NCBI GenBank assembly: GCA_963707865.1
Contig: OY970175.1
Span: forward strand, 556,011 to 620,010
From: an uncultured bacterium
GTDB taxonomy: Bacteria; Patescibacteriota; Minisyncoccia; UBA6257; 2-01-FULL-56-20
Length of the DNA: 64,000 nt
Reading direction: 5' to 3'
The position numbers were made by a program, and so were the translations under genes. The first letter of the stretch is position 1. The number at the start of each line of letters is the position of its first letter. Positions 38,715 to 48,132 of the stretch are shown here, in pieces. The notes below the pieces were generated by a model, which saw only the letters and a list, made by a program, of their open reading frames with translations, searched no databases and was not told the origin of the DNA.

Positions 38715-39122
38715 GACAATCTTCTTGTGTATCTCTTCCAGCGTTTCCTTTGGCTTATTATTGACCACCACTTGTATTGGCCCTCCTCCATCACCATGCC
38801 ATCGAGGCATCACATGCACGTGGAGATGGTCCACTTCCTGGCCGCTCGCGCGGCCCTGGTTGATCCCGACCGTGATGCCGTCACACTTCAATTTCCGTGA
38901 GAGCATCTCCGCCACTTTTTTTACCGCCGTGAAGAGCGGCGCGATCTCGGCGTCCGGCAGTTCAAGCAAATTCGGCGCATGCGTTTTCGGGATCACCATG
39001 GCGTGCCCGGATGTCCGCGGCGTGATGTCCAGGAACGCGAGCGTGTGGCTGTCCTCATACACTGTCTGTGCCGGAATTTGCCCGGACGCTATTTTGCAGA
39101 AAATGCAATCCTTGTCTCGCAT
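38709..39122 (-). CDS. HIT-family nucleotide hydrolase
   Basis: DCIFCKI, GQEVDHLHVHVMPR. Confidence 0.95.
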   Translation of the reverse strand: MRDKDCIFCKIASGQIPAQTVYEDSHTLAFLDITPRTSGHAMVIPKTHAPNLLELPDAEIAPLFTAVKKVAEMLSRKLKCDGITVGINQGRASGQEVDHLHVHVMPRWHGDGGGPIQVVVNNKPKETLEEIHKKIVG

Positions 39123-39127
39123 GGTTC

Positions 39128-40420
39128 CTAGAACCGCTTTTTGATCTCGTCCACGACTTTGTGCCGCGGCACCGCTTCCTGCAGTCCGGTTTTTAAATCG
39201 CGAACGATAACGCTGCCCTCGTAAATCTCCTTTTGGCCAAGAATGAGCGCGAGTTCAATCCCTTCCTTATTCGCGGTCTTCAGCTGTGCCGCGAGTGATT
39301 CCTTCGCAAGCACTTCGGAAACGGCGATGCCGCGTGCACGCAGTTCCTTCAAAAGGCCGAATGATTTCTGCTTCGCCAAATCGCCCGCGTGTACAAGAAA
39401 CACCCTTTTTTGGGCCCGCGCAGGCAGGGCAATCGCCTTTGCCTTCATAACGGTAATCAGGCGCTCCACGCCGCATGCGGCGCCGACGGCAGGAGTGAGA
39501 TGCCCTCCAATCGTCTCCATCAGATAATCGTAGCGGCCACCAGCCGGAAGCGCACCGATTTCGGCCTCCTTCCCATCGGCATACATTTCAAACACCGTCC
39601 GACTGTAATAGTCCAGTCCGCGCACCAAGTGGTTATCAAGCTCGTACGGGATTGCCGCTTCCTCAAGATATTCGAGAACTGATTTGAAATGCTCGGCGCA
39701 CGTCGCACACAGCTTGTCCAAAAAGATTGGCGCCTTCTCCTTCAGTTGCATGCAATCCTCTTCCTTGCAATCCAAGAGGCGTAAGGGGTTCGTCGCGAGC
39801 CGCTTCTTGCAATCCTCACACAATTCCTTCTCATGATTCTTGTAATAGTTCACAAGCTGTTTCTTGTATAGCGGGCGGCACACGCGGCAGCCGATGGAAT
39901 TTATCTTCAGTGTGAAATTCTTTATCTTGAGTTCGTAAAGGAGATCCACGCAGACAGAGATGGTCTCCGCGTCATAGATCGGATCGTTCGGCCCGGCAAG
40001 CGTTTCGAAACCGATCTGCGTAAATTGGCGATAGCGGCCGAGCTGCGGCCGATCGTGCCGGAAGACAGGGCCGAAGTGGAAAAGCTTCTGCGGCTGGCCG
40101 AGGCGACTTAAGCCGTTTTCGAGGTAGGCGCGCGCGATACCGGGGGTATATTCGGGACGGAGCGCGAGCACATCACCACCCTTCGTACGCAACGTATACA
40201 TTTCTTTCGCGACCACGTCGCTCGCTTCACCGGACGTTTTATTATAGAGGTCCGCAAACTCCAAGACCGGTGTCTCTATCCGCGCGAACCCGTAGGACCG
40301 CGCAAGGTCCTTCACTGCGCTTTCAATCCGCTCCCAATAAGGCTGGTCGGCAGGCAGCACGTCGTGCATACCCGTCGGGGCACGAAAGGTCCTCGCCCCC
40401 TGCTTTTCATTAGTTTTCAT
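39128..40420 (-). CDS. hisS: Histidine--tRNA ligase
   Basis: LRPEYT, FRHDRPQLGRYRQF, LVRGLDYY, GGRYD. Confidence 0.97.
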   Translation of the reverse strand: MKTNEKQGARTFRAPTGMHDVLPADQPYWERIESAVKDLARSYGFARIETPVLEFADLYNKTSGEASDVVAKEMYTLRTKGGDVLALRPEYTPGIARAYLENGLSRLGQPQKLFHFGPVFRHDRPQLGRYRQFTQIGFETLAGPNDPIYDAETISVCVDLLYELKIKNFTLKINSIGCRVCRPLYKKQLVNYYKNHEKELCEDCKKRLATNPLRLLDCKEEDCMQLKEKAPIFLDKLCATCAEHFKSVLEYLEEAAIPYELDNHLVRGLDYYSRTVFEMYADGKEAEIGALPAGGRYDYLMETIGGHLTPAVGAACGVERLITVMKAKAIALPARAQKRVFLVHAGDLAKQKSFGLLKELRARGIAVSEVLAKESLAAQLKTANKEGIELALILGQKEIYEGSVIVRDLKTGLQEAVPRHKVVDEIKKRF

Positions 40421-40421
40421 T

Positions 40422-40973
40422 TTACTTATATTGCGGCGCTGCGAACGCGGTCACGTCGGTGGGCGGCCACAACCGGACGCGCACGAGGCCAACGATATTC
40501 TTCGCGGGCAGCGCCTTCCACATACGCGAATCATAACTGGCGGGCCGGTTGTCGCCGAGGAGCACATACGTGCTGGAAGACAGCGTGAAATCGTAACTCC
40601 CCGACGTGTCCGTCCCTTTCGGCAAATAGGACTCGTCAAGCACAAATCCCTGCGGGTGATCGGCATTGAACACCGTAATCGTATCGTTCTTAATCGTGAC
40701 GCGCTCGTTCGGCAGGCCGATGACGCGCTTGATAAAATAGGTGGAATAATCCTGCGGGTCGTGGAATACGACCACTTCTCCGCGCTCCGGCGCGCGCAGG
40801 TCATACGTGAGCTCGTCCACAAGGACGTAATCGCCGTTTGAAAAATTCGGTGACATGCTTGAACCGCTCACAAGGAAGGGCTGCACAAGAAACGTGCGCA
40901 CAAGGAAGACGGCGCCCACGGCGATCACGGCGACCTCAAGCACCTCCAAAAAAGCAGCGAAGAACTTTCTCAT
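40422..40973 (-). CDS. lepB: Signal peptidase I
   Basis: SGSSMSPN, FIKRVIGLP, LGDNR..SYDSR. Confidence 0.95.
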   Translation of the reverse strand: MRKFFAAFLEVLEVAVIAVGAVFLVRTFLVQPFLVSGSSMSPNFSNGDYVLVDELTYDLRAPERGEVVVFHDPQDYSTYFIKRVIGLPNERVTIKNDTITVFNADHPQGFVLDESYLPKGTDTSGSYDFTLSSSTYVLLGDNRPASYDSRMWKALPAKNIVGLVRVRLWPPTDVTAFAAPQYK

Positions 40974-41016
40974 GTAGTACTCATTATATCCCGCGCATTA
41001 TGGTAAAATCAAGCCA

Positions 41017-41556
41017 ATGAAAACGGAGAAGACGATCCTCGTGGGTCTCGGCAATCCCGGACCGGAATTTGAAAACACGTACCACAACGTGGGCCGTGCC
41101 GCCCTCGCTGCGATCGCGCGGCGGCTTCCGAACGGCGAATCCCTCACGTGGAAAACGCACAAAAAGCTATTCCGCTACGCCGCCGGGAGCACTACGGTGC
41201 TTGTGGCGCCGCTTATATTCATGAACGAATCCGGCAGGGCGGTGCGGGAAGCGATAAAGAAATTCAAGGCGGCGCCGGAGGATCTCGTCGTCATCCACGA
41301 TGAGAGCGATCTACCCGTTGGAACGTATAAAATATCGTTCGGAAGAGGTTCTGCGGGTCACAAGGGAATCCAGTCAATCATGGACACGCTCCGCACGAAT
41401 CGCTTCACTCGCATTCGCGTCGGCATCCGCGAAGCGGGCGAAAAAAAACGCAGGAAAGCATCCGCGTTCGTCCTTGCAAAAATAACTCCGAAGGACCAGA
41501 TCGTCTTTGCCGCGTTGTTCTCTCTGATCGCCCGCGGGCTTCCTCACTGCCCCTAG
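41017..41556 (+). CDS. pth: Peptidyl-tRNA hydrolase
   Basis: VGLGNPG, HNVG, FMNESG, IHDE, SAGHKG. Confidence 0.95.
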   Translation: MKTEKTILVGLGNPGPEFENTYHNVGRAALAAIARRLPNGESLTWKTHKKLFRYAAGSTTVLVAPLIFMNESGRAVREAIKKFKAAPEDLVVIHDESDLPVGTYKISFGRGSAGHKGIQSIMDTLRTNRFTRIRVGIREAGEKKRRKASAFVLAKITPKDQIVFAALFSLIARGLPHCP

Positions 41557-41589
41557 GAACCGGTGGACGGAGATTCCCGTAACCCGGGA

Positions 41590-43089
41590 TTAGTGGGCAT
41601 GCGAAAAAGTCATGGAAAAGGAAGTAGTGAGGCCGTTCGTTTGCACCTGTCCCAATGGAAGGTTGACGGAACTGAAATCGGAATCGCTCTTGAGCGCCGT
41701 TTCAAACGCAAGGATCGCATCCTGCGTCCGCGCGGTCCCCGAGAGCGCGATAGGAGTGCCCATGGACTGAAACGCAACGTGGTTCACGGTCACTTGATTG
41801 CTCCCTGCGATATCCAAGATTTTTTTCAAAATGACGCCCTTAGGGGCCGCGGCGTTCAGGGCGGCGGCGACGAGCGCCACGGAACCGTTGAAACCGCTGG
41901 CAGTTGCCTGCAGTGCGGTGGTTTCCGCAACCTGCGCGCTGCTCAAATTAAATGAGGAACGTGATTCAATGGTCGTCTTTGTTTCCGAGAGGAATATATC
42001 TGCTCCTGCGAAGGTAACAACGAGAAGCAATAGGGCGGCGGGAATGGCGACGCGCCAAAATCGCATAAAGCCCAGAAGTTCCTCCCCGCGGAACTTGTCT
42101 TGCAACTCCTTTCCCAAGAGGTTGATCTCGCGGTCCTTCACTTTGAACCCCGACTCGCGCAAACTGCATCCGAGCGCGGTAAACCATGCCGACGAAACCG
42201 GCTGGCCCATCGTGAGCATGCAACGTACCGCAGGAACCGAGGCGCTCTCCGTGATGACACGCTCGGTCTCCGCTTCTAAAACCACGGCGGAAAAGATGAT
42301 CGCATCCAAAGATCCGGCCCAGTGCTGGTAATAAAAATTTATGACGCGCCGCACGCTTGCCCCGAGCGTTTCTTCGAATTTTGGAACGGAGATCTCCCCT
42401 TTGTCATTCATAAGATCCTGCCATGGAACCGCGTATTCAAAATATGGCACGCCCTTGCGAATGATCGCGAAATCCAGTCCGGCATCATCAATGTTCACAA
42501 AGAGGTAGGACTTTGCCATGTCAATGCCAGCCCCTTTTTCACGGAGCAGCCGCGCGAGCGCAAACGCCCGTGATTCCACCGCCGTTATGATGAATCCCGC
42601 CTCAAAAAACGCTTCCGCCATCCCATCCACCACGCCGCGTTCAATAAACGCAGAGAGGATCTGAAGCTGCAACGTGTTCTCGTCACGTCCCACAAACTCC
42701 CAGTCCGAATATGCCTCGTCTGCCTCAAGCGGCGAAGTCATCTTGAGGTTCAACTCCACCGCCCTTTCCAAATCCTTTCCCTTAACCGCGGGGAGTGCGA
42801 ATACCTGCGTATAGGTTTCCGCGGAATTGAAACATACCGCCACGCTCATTTTCCCCTTTCTTCCTTTCTTTTGCGCTTGTTCCTTAAGCGCCATGAGCGC
42901 CGCGACAAATCCCTTGCGGTCGGCAATCCTTCCTCCCTTCACTACGCCGGGCTCAAGGCGCACCGCATGCATCTGCCAAGCTTTCCCGTCAAAACGCACG
43001 AGCCGCACCACTTGATCGCTTACGGAAAGTCCCGCGGCCGCCGAATGGACGCGAAGAAGTAAAAGTAATTTTTGGAACCAGCGTTGCAT
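41590..43089 (-). CDS. Fused PilM-like (actin-fold) / PilN-like pilus alignment protein
   Basis: Degenerate actin-like N-terminal part, EINLL motif, one TM, C-terminal ferredoxin-like PilN region; follows pilB-pilC. Confidence 0.75.
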   Translation of the reverse strand: MQRWFQKLLLLLRVHSAAAGLSVSDQVVRLVRFDGKAWQMHAVRLEPGVVKGGRIADRKGFVAALMALKEQAQKKGRKGKMSVAVCFNSAETYTQVFALPAVKGKDLERAVELNLKMTSPLEADEAYSDWEFVGRDENTLQLQILSAFIERGVVDGMAEAFFEAGFIITAVESRAFALARLLREKGAGIDMAKSYLFVNIDDAGLDFAIIRKGVPYFEYAVPWQDLMNDKGEISVPKFEETLGASVRRVINFYYQHWAGSLDAIIFSAVVLEAETERVITESASVPAVRCMLTMGQPVSSAWFTALGCSLRESGFKVKDREINLLGKELQDKFRGEELLGFMRFWRVAIPAALLLLVVTFAGADIFLSETKTTIESRSSFNLSSAQVAETTALQATASGFNGSVALVAAALNAAAPKGVILKKILDIAGSNQVTVNHVAFQSMGTPIALSGTARTQDAILAFETALKSDSDFSSVNLPLGQVQTNGLTTSFSMTFSHAH

Positions 43090-43100
43090 AGTTTGGTAGT

Positions 43101-43265
43101 TAGACCCCATCCCCAAAATAGACCACACGACTCTTATGGCCATTTTCGGCTGCGAAACGTGAGTCCCTCCTCGCAATACCACAAGGTATTCCTTCGTCGG
43201 GATTCACGTTTCTCGCTCGAAAATGGTTCATAATCCTCATGTGCCTATTTTTGGGATGGGGTCTA
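43101..43265. repeat. Palindromic intergenic element, family B, copy 1
   Basis: Nested stems; its reverse complement aligns with 44483-44644. Confidence 0.85.
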
Positions 43266-44468
43266 GAAAGAACTCGTGAGCTGGTAGATCGGCACAATGA
43301 TGGAAAGCGCGATGGTCACCACGATCAATCCCATACCCAGGAGAAGAATGGGCTCCAAGAGTGACACGAGCGTCTGGATGCTGCTATCAATGTTCGCACC
43401 GTAGAAATCGGCGAGGGTGGCGAGCACCTCGTCCAAGTGACCCGCCTTTTCCGAGATGGCGATCAGATTGCTCAACGTTTTCGGGAAGACCGCCTCGCGC
43501 TTGAACGATTCCCCGATCGTAAGGCCTTTCGCCAAACCTTCATTCGCAACCCGCATGAGCGCATATTGATAATCGCGGTGATTCACGGTTTCCGCCGCGA
43601 CCGTGATGGTTTCAATAATAGGCAATCCCGCCTTGATGAGCGAACTGATTGTAGAGGCCATGCGCTGCACCCCAAGGTCGTTGTAAACTTTCCGAATGAC
43701 AGGAAGATTCGCCAAGATGCGATGAAGGATCCTTTTTCCTGTCTCCGTCTTTTGTGCCCCCACCACGCACACGATGATCGCTGTAATTAAAATCGCGTAG
43801 ATCGGCACGATATTTGCGCCGACGAAAAGCCCGACGCCGAAGACGATGCGCGAGAAAAGCGGCGCACTGATGCCTCCTCCTGAAAATGCCGCGGCGAGTT
43901 TCGGCAACGCAAAGGTGACAAGAAACGTAAGGATAGCGGCTGCCATGCACAAAACAACCACCGGATAGATGAGCGCCGCGCGGATTTTGGATTTTAACTC
44001 CGCATCGCGCTCAAGCGAAACGGAAAGGTCTTCAAAGGTCTTCTCCAAGTTGCCGGAAATCTCTGCGGCTTTGACCAAATTCACGAATGTCGGCGAAAAA
44101 GCCTCCGGATGCCTCGCAAACGATTCGTAGAACGGCTGGCCGCGGCTCAAACTGTCGTACACTTCAAGGAGAAAGTTCTTGATGGAAGGCTTGTCAAAAT
44201 CCGCGATGAGGATGTTCACTGCGGAAAGAAGGTCGGTGCCCACGCGCAGCATAAGCGCAAGGTATTTGGTCAAAAACACCTCGTCGGACGTAGTGATGCC
44301 TCCCCAAAACCTCGGCGCGCCGAACCTGCCACGCTTCAATGCTTTGACCGAGATCGGGCGGAGCTCTTTTCCTGAAAGATAGTGCAGAACGTCGTCAAGC
44401 GTCCCCGCATCAAAATCGGCTTCTTGCGTCTCTCCGGAGCGGTCCACGGCGACATAATGATAGAGCAT
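43263..44468 (-). CDS. pilC: Type IV pilus platform protein (GspF/PilC family)
   Basis: AAEISGNLE, ALIYP, SEKAGHLDEVL, LLEP, IIVPIY. Confidence 0.92.
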   Translation of the reverse strand: MLYHYVAVDRSGETQEADFDAGTLDDVLHYLSGKELRPISVKALKRGRFGAPRFWGGITTSDEVFLTKYLALMLRVGTDLLSAVNILIADFDKPSIKNFLLEVYDSLSRGQPFYESFARHPEAFSPTFVNLVKAAEISGNLEKTFEDLSVSLERDAELKSKIRAALIYPVVVLCMAAAILTFLVTFALPKLAAAFSGGGISAPLFSRIVFGVGLFVGANIVPIYAILITAIIVCVVGAQKTETGKRILHRILANLPVIRKVYNDLGVQRMASTISSLIKAGLPIIETITVAAETVNHRDYQYALMRVANEGLAKGLTIGESFKREAVFPKTLSNLIAISEKAGHLDEVLATLADFYGANIDSSIQTLVSLLEPILLLGMGLIVVTIALSIIVPIYQLTSSF

Positions 44469-44482
44469 GATCTTATTGTACC

Positions 44483-44644
44483 AGAACCTACATCAAAAGT
44501 AGGATTCGTCTATTCCGTGTCAGTTTCGAGCGAGAAAGGTGAATCCCGACGAAGCTGTAGCCATGCCTACTGCGAGGAGGAATTCGCCTTTCGTAGCCGA
44601 AACTGGCCGGAAGAGGCGATTGATCTACTTTTGATATAGGTTCT
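44483..44644. repeat. Palindromic intergenic element, family B, copy 2
   Basis: agaacctacatcaaaagtag/ctacttttgatataggttct and inner stems. Confidence 0.85.
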
Positions 44645-46359
44645 CATTCGCGTATCACGCGGAGCACTTCTTCCAATGTCGTGAGCGCAAGCTCGGCTTT
44701 CTGAATGCCGTCTTCAAACATTGTCTTCGCGCCTTCCTTTCTCGCGACGGCGCGCAGGTTCTCAAGATTGAAATTTTCCGCGGTGATGACCCCTTTCACG
44801 GCATCGGTCACGCGGAGTAATTCAAAAATGCCAAGGCGGCCGCGATACCCCGTCATCCCGCAGGAGCTGCATCCTTTCCCACGATAAAGGGTCTTTGGTG
44901 TAAACATGGCATCTTCCGGCACGCCAAGCTCGTGTAATTGGATCCGAACGGTCCGGGCGACATCGGGACCGGCGTCATACGAATAGATACAGGCTGGACA
45001 AACGCGCCGGACGAGGCGCTGGGCAATAATGAGGTTCAGCACCGATCCGGCAAGAAACGGCGGCACTTTTAGATCAAACAGGCGCGGGACTGCGGTGGGA
45101 GCATCGTTCGTGTGGAGCGAGGAAAGAAAAAGGTGGCCGGTCAAGGCCGCTTGGACAGCGATGTCGGCGGTTTCCGCATCGCGGATTTCACCGACCATGA
45201 TGATGTTCGGATCCTGCCGGAGGAGTGCGCGGAGTCCCGATGCGAACGTGACCCCTGCCTGCGTGTTGACCTGCGTCTGGTTCACGTAGCGCATGTTATA
45301 TTCAATTGGGTCCTCAATGGTCACCACATTCACCTGCGGCTTGTTCAGAATGTTCATAAGCGCATAGAGTGTCGTCGTTTTCCCGGAGCCGGTCGGACCA
45401 CAAGAAAGCACCATGCCATAGGCCTTCTTGAGTTCTTCTTTCGCTGCAGCGGCATCTCCTGCCGCCATGCCTATTTCTTCAAGCGAAAGAGGTTTTTGTG
45501 ACGACGTGAGCACCCGCATCTCCGCCTTTTCCCCATAAAATGTGGGCATCACGGAAACGCGCACGTCAGTCAACTCGTTCCCCACCTGCTCCCTGAACCG
45601 CCCGTCTTGCGGCTCGTAGTGTTCATCAATCTTGAGACCCGCCAAAAGCTTGATACGCGCGACGATCGCGGGATGGATGGTCTTCGATACGTTCATCACT
45701 TCGTAGAGAATGCCGTCAATGCGATACCGTATGAACATTGATTCTTCCAATACTTCTATATGGATGTCCGAGGCTCGCGAAGCAATCGCGTAGGAGAGGA
45801 TGTTGTCCACAATAGCGACAATAGGAAGATCTCCCGCTGCTTCTTCGGCACTCTTCGCCCGCGCCGCAAGCGACGCTTTGACATTCTCTCCGATGAGCTT
45901 TTTGAAATCCTGACCGAGCTCGTAGCCGAAAACCGAAAAACCGCGATTGAGATCTTCTTCGGTAGCAAGAAATGGTTTGACTTTCGCTTTCAGGCGCTGT
46001 GCGAGGAATTCTATCGTCTCAAGGTTGGATGGATCCCTCATGGCAACGTCGTATGTCCCGTCGGCTTCCTTGGCGAAGAGGACGACCTGGCGCTGGCGCG
46101 CGATATCTTCCGGAATGAGTTTTAGCACGTCGTTCTCCACTTTCTGCACACTGAAATCAACGCGCGGGACGCCAAGCGCTTTCGCCACAAGGTTGTTCAA
46201 ATAATCCGCGGTGGTGAACTGTTCCGAAATAAGCACGTCAAGGATATTCTGGCTCTTCCTCTCGGCTTCGGCAAAAAGCTCGTCAAATTTTTCCGCCGAG
46301 ATAAGCCCTTCGTCAACAATCAGTTTCTTAAGCTGGAGCGGCGGAAGTGGTAATCGCAT
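44644..46359 (-). CDS. pilB: Type IV pilus assembly ATPase (GspE/PulE)
   Basis: ASDIHIE, PQDGR, GPTGSGKTT, TIEDPIE, LRQDPN, GEIRD, CxxC pairs. Confidence 0.95.
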   Translation of the reverse strand: MRLPLPPLQLKKLIVDEGLISAEKFDELFAEAERKSQNILDVLISEQFTTADYLNNLVAKALGVPRVDFSVQKVENDVLKLIPEDIARQRQVVLFAKEADGTYDVAMRDPSNLETIEFLAQRLKAKVKPFLATEEDLNRGFSVFGYELGQDFKKLIGENVKASLAARAKSAEEAAGDLPIVAIVDNILSYAIASRASDIHIEVLEESMFIRYRIDGILYEVMNVSKTIHPAIVARIKLLAGLKIDEHYEPQDGRFREQVGNELTDVRVSVMPTFYGEKAEMRVLTSSQKPLSLEEIGMAAGDAAAAKEELKKAYGMVLSCGPTGSGKTTTLYALMNILNKPQVNVVTIEDPIEYNMRYVNQTQVNTQAGVTFASGLRALLRQDPNIIMVGEIRDAETADIAVQAALTGHLFLSSLHTNDAPTAVPRLFDLKVPPFLAGSVLNLIIAQRLVRRVCPACIYSYDAGPDVARTVRIQLHELGVPEDAMFTPKTLYRGKGCSSCGMTGYRGRLGIFELLRVTDAVKGVITAENFNLENLRAVARKEGAKTMFEDGIQKAELALTTLEEVLRVIRE

Positions 46360-46376
46360 AGTTATATAATACCAAA

Positions 46377-46408
46377 CCAGCCGTAGTTTCAGAAGAAACT
46401 ACGGCTGG
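46377..46408 (-). terminator. 14-bp perfect hairpin after the pilin gene
   Basis: ccagccgtagtttc-agaa-gaaactacggctgg, followed by TTTGGT on the minus strand. Confidence 0.7.
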
Positions 46409-46433
46409 ATGGATTTTGTTCAACCAAAGACCC

Positions 46434-47117
46434 CTACAGGCTGCTTATGGTCGTCCCCGCTTCGTAGACGTACGAATTGAGGCCACCGTCATTGGAAGTC
46501 ACGGCACTGCCGCCCCCCTCCGCGAATTTTGCGCTCTCCATAAAGGCAGCGAGTTTGTAATTCGAGCCACTCATGATGTAGCTGTAGAAAAGAGAACAGT
46601 TCGAAATGGTAACCGAACTGTTCAGCCCGCTACAACCACTGGTGCCTCCGGAGTTTATCGAATCAATTGGTTCCTGCCCGATCGGCGAGCCGGAGCTGAT
46701 GGCCGAGAAGTTTATCGGAAGCCAGCCGGTGAGGGCACCGGAACCAGGCATACTAGTGATGCCCCTTGACGAAGTCGCCACGACACTCGCTGCAGTTACC
46801 ATCCAGTTTGTACATTGCGCAGTGGTAGGAGCGCTCCAAGTCGCGTTGGTGCTGGATATGGTAGCAAAGGTTGTAGTCGCAAGGCTTATGTAGCAAACCG
46901 TTGATGTCCCGATAGCCGTAGATGACACATCCACAAGATAGAGCGAAATAGCGCTTCTCAAGGTTGCCATATCCGAGATGCGGTTAGAATCCCTCGCTTG
47001 GCGCAAAAGCTCCACCGGGTTGAGGGACAGAATGACGACAACCGACAAAATCGCAATGATTGCGATCACGATCAGAAGTTCAATGAGAGTAAAGCCCTTT
47101 TGGTTCTTATGTTTCAT
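46434..47117 (-). CDS. Type IV pilin
   Basis: MKHKNQKG|FTLIELLIVIAII class III signal peptide; ARDSNRISDM; Ser/Thr-rich body. Confidence 0.93.
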   Translation of the reverse strand: MKHKNQKGFTLIELLIVIAIIAILSVVVILSLNPVELLRQARDSNRISDMATLRSAISLYLVDVSSTAIGTSTVCYISLATTTFATISSTNATWSAPTTAQCTNWMVTAASVVATSSRGITSMPGSGALTGWLPINFSAISSGSPIGQEPIDSINSGGTSGCSGLNSSVTISNCSLFYSYIMSGSNYKLAAFMESAKFAEGGGSAVTSNDGGLNSYVYEAGTTISSL

Positions 47118-47224
47118 ACACTTTGTCTGATAAAAGCGACCTTTTAAGGACCAATTCATTATAACAACCTTCGCGGAAGTATGGAAAGGCTGGGTGGGGA
47201 TAACAGCTGTGGATAACTGGCGCG

Positions 47225-48001
47225 TCATTCACGGGCGCCGTTTGACTCTTTCGTGGGCAAGTCGTTCCAAAGACCTCCCGGCGGCTCAGCTTCAAATTTC
47301 ATGCGCGCCCCGCTTGCCGAGGTAAACTCTATGGAAAGCGCGTGCAGCATCAAGCGCTTCGCCCACGACGGCTGCGCCTTCGGGCCGTAGAGGCGGTCTC
47401 CGACCACGGGGAGGCCCACGCTTGCAAGATGAACGCGGATCTGGTGCGTACGTCCCGTCTTTGGATTCACCAAGAGGAGGGAGTACTTCGCTTCCGCGCC
47501 GCCACTTTCATTTTGGCCTCTCTTTAACTCCCCACGTGCGCCCGCAGAAGTTTTTGTAAATGTCATAATGACGCGGTATTCCGTGATGGCGGGCTTTGCC
47601 ATTTTCGCGGAGCTGACACTCCGTTTCGTCGTCCCGTTCCGGATCCCAATCGGCGCGTCAATCGTCCCATGTTTTTGGTGCGGCACACCCGCAACTACTG
47701 CGAGATACGTCTTCAGAACCTCGTGCTCTTGGAAAAGCGATTTGAGATATTCAAAACTTTTTTGGTTTCGGGCGACAAGCATGACGCCAGAAGTTTCTCT
47801 GTCAAGCCGGTGCACGATTCCAGGCCGGAGCGCGGGATTGTCGCCGACCGTTCTCACTTCCGGATAATGCGCGGTAAGCCAATCAACGAGCGTAGGCTCT
47901 GAGGCACCGGATTTTTTTGCGGCGTGCACCTGTAATCCCGCTGGCTTCATGATCGCGAGAAAATTTTTGTCTTCGTAGATAATAGTAGGTTCAAGTATCA
48001 C
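47225..48001 (-). CDS. RluA-family pseudouridine synthase
   Basis: KPAGL, VHRLDRETSG, TGRTHQIRVH, GDRLYG, LMLHA. Confidence 0.95.
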   Translation of the reverse strand: MILEPTIIYEDKNFLAIMKPAGLQVHAAKKSGASEPTLVDWLTAHYPEVRTVGDNPALRPGIVHRLDRETSGVMLVARNQKSFEYLKSLFQEHEVLKTYLAVVAGVPHQKHGTIDAPIGIRNGTTKRSVSSAKMAKPAITEYRVIMTFTKTSAGARGELKRGQNESGGAEAKYSLLLVNPKTGRTHQIRVHLASVGLPVVGDRLYGPKAQPSWAKRLMLHALSIEFTSASGARMKFEAEPPGGLWNDLPTKESNGARE

Positions 48002-48132
48002 AGTATGAAAGGGTTATAAAATCTCCGGCCGCCACAGTTCAAATGCAACCCCCATCGCAAATCGTATCAAAAGGTACATTATGAGCGCGCTCGCAGTAAC
48101 CACAATGAACAGCCGGTACTGCTTCCTCATTA

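Noticed and set aside
47208-47216. Perfect DnaA box (also TGTGTATAA at 31996-32004) as a replication origin
   Set aside because: Isolated boxes; no cluster, dnaA gene or unwinding element nearby
47990-48130. Possible 46-aa hydrophobic minus-strand ORF (MRKQYRLFIVV...)
   Set aside because: Too short and unsupported to call
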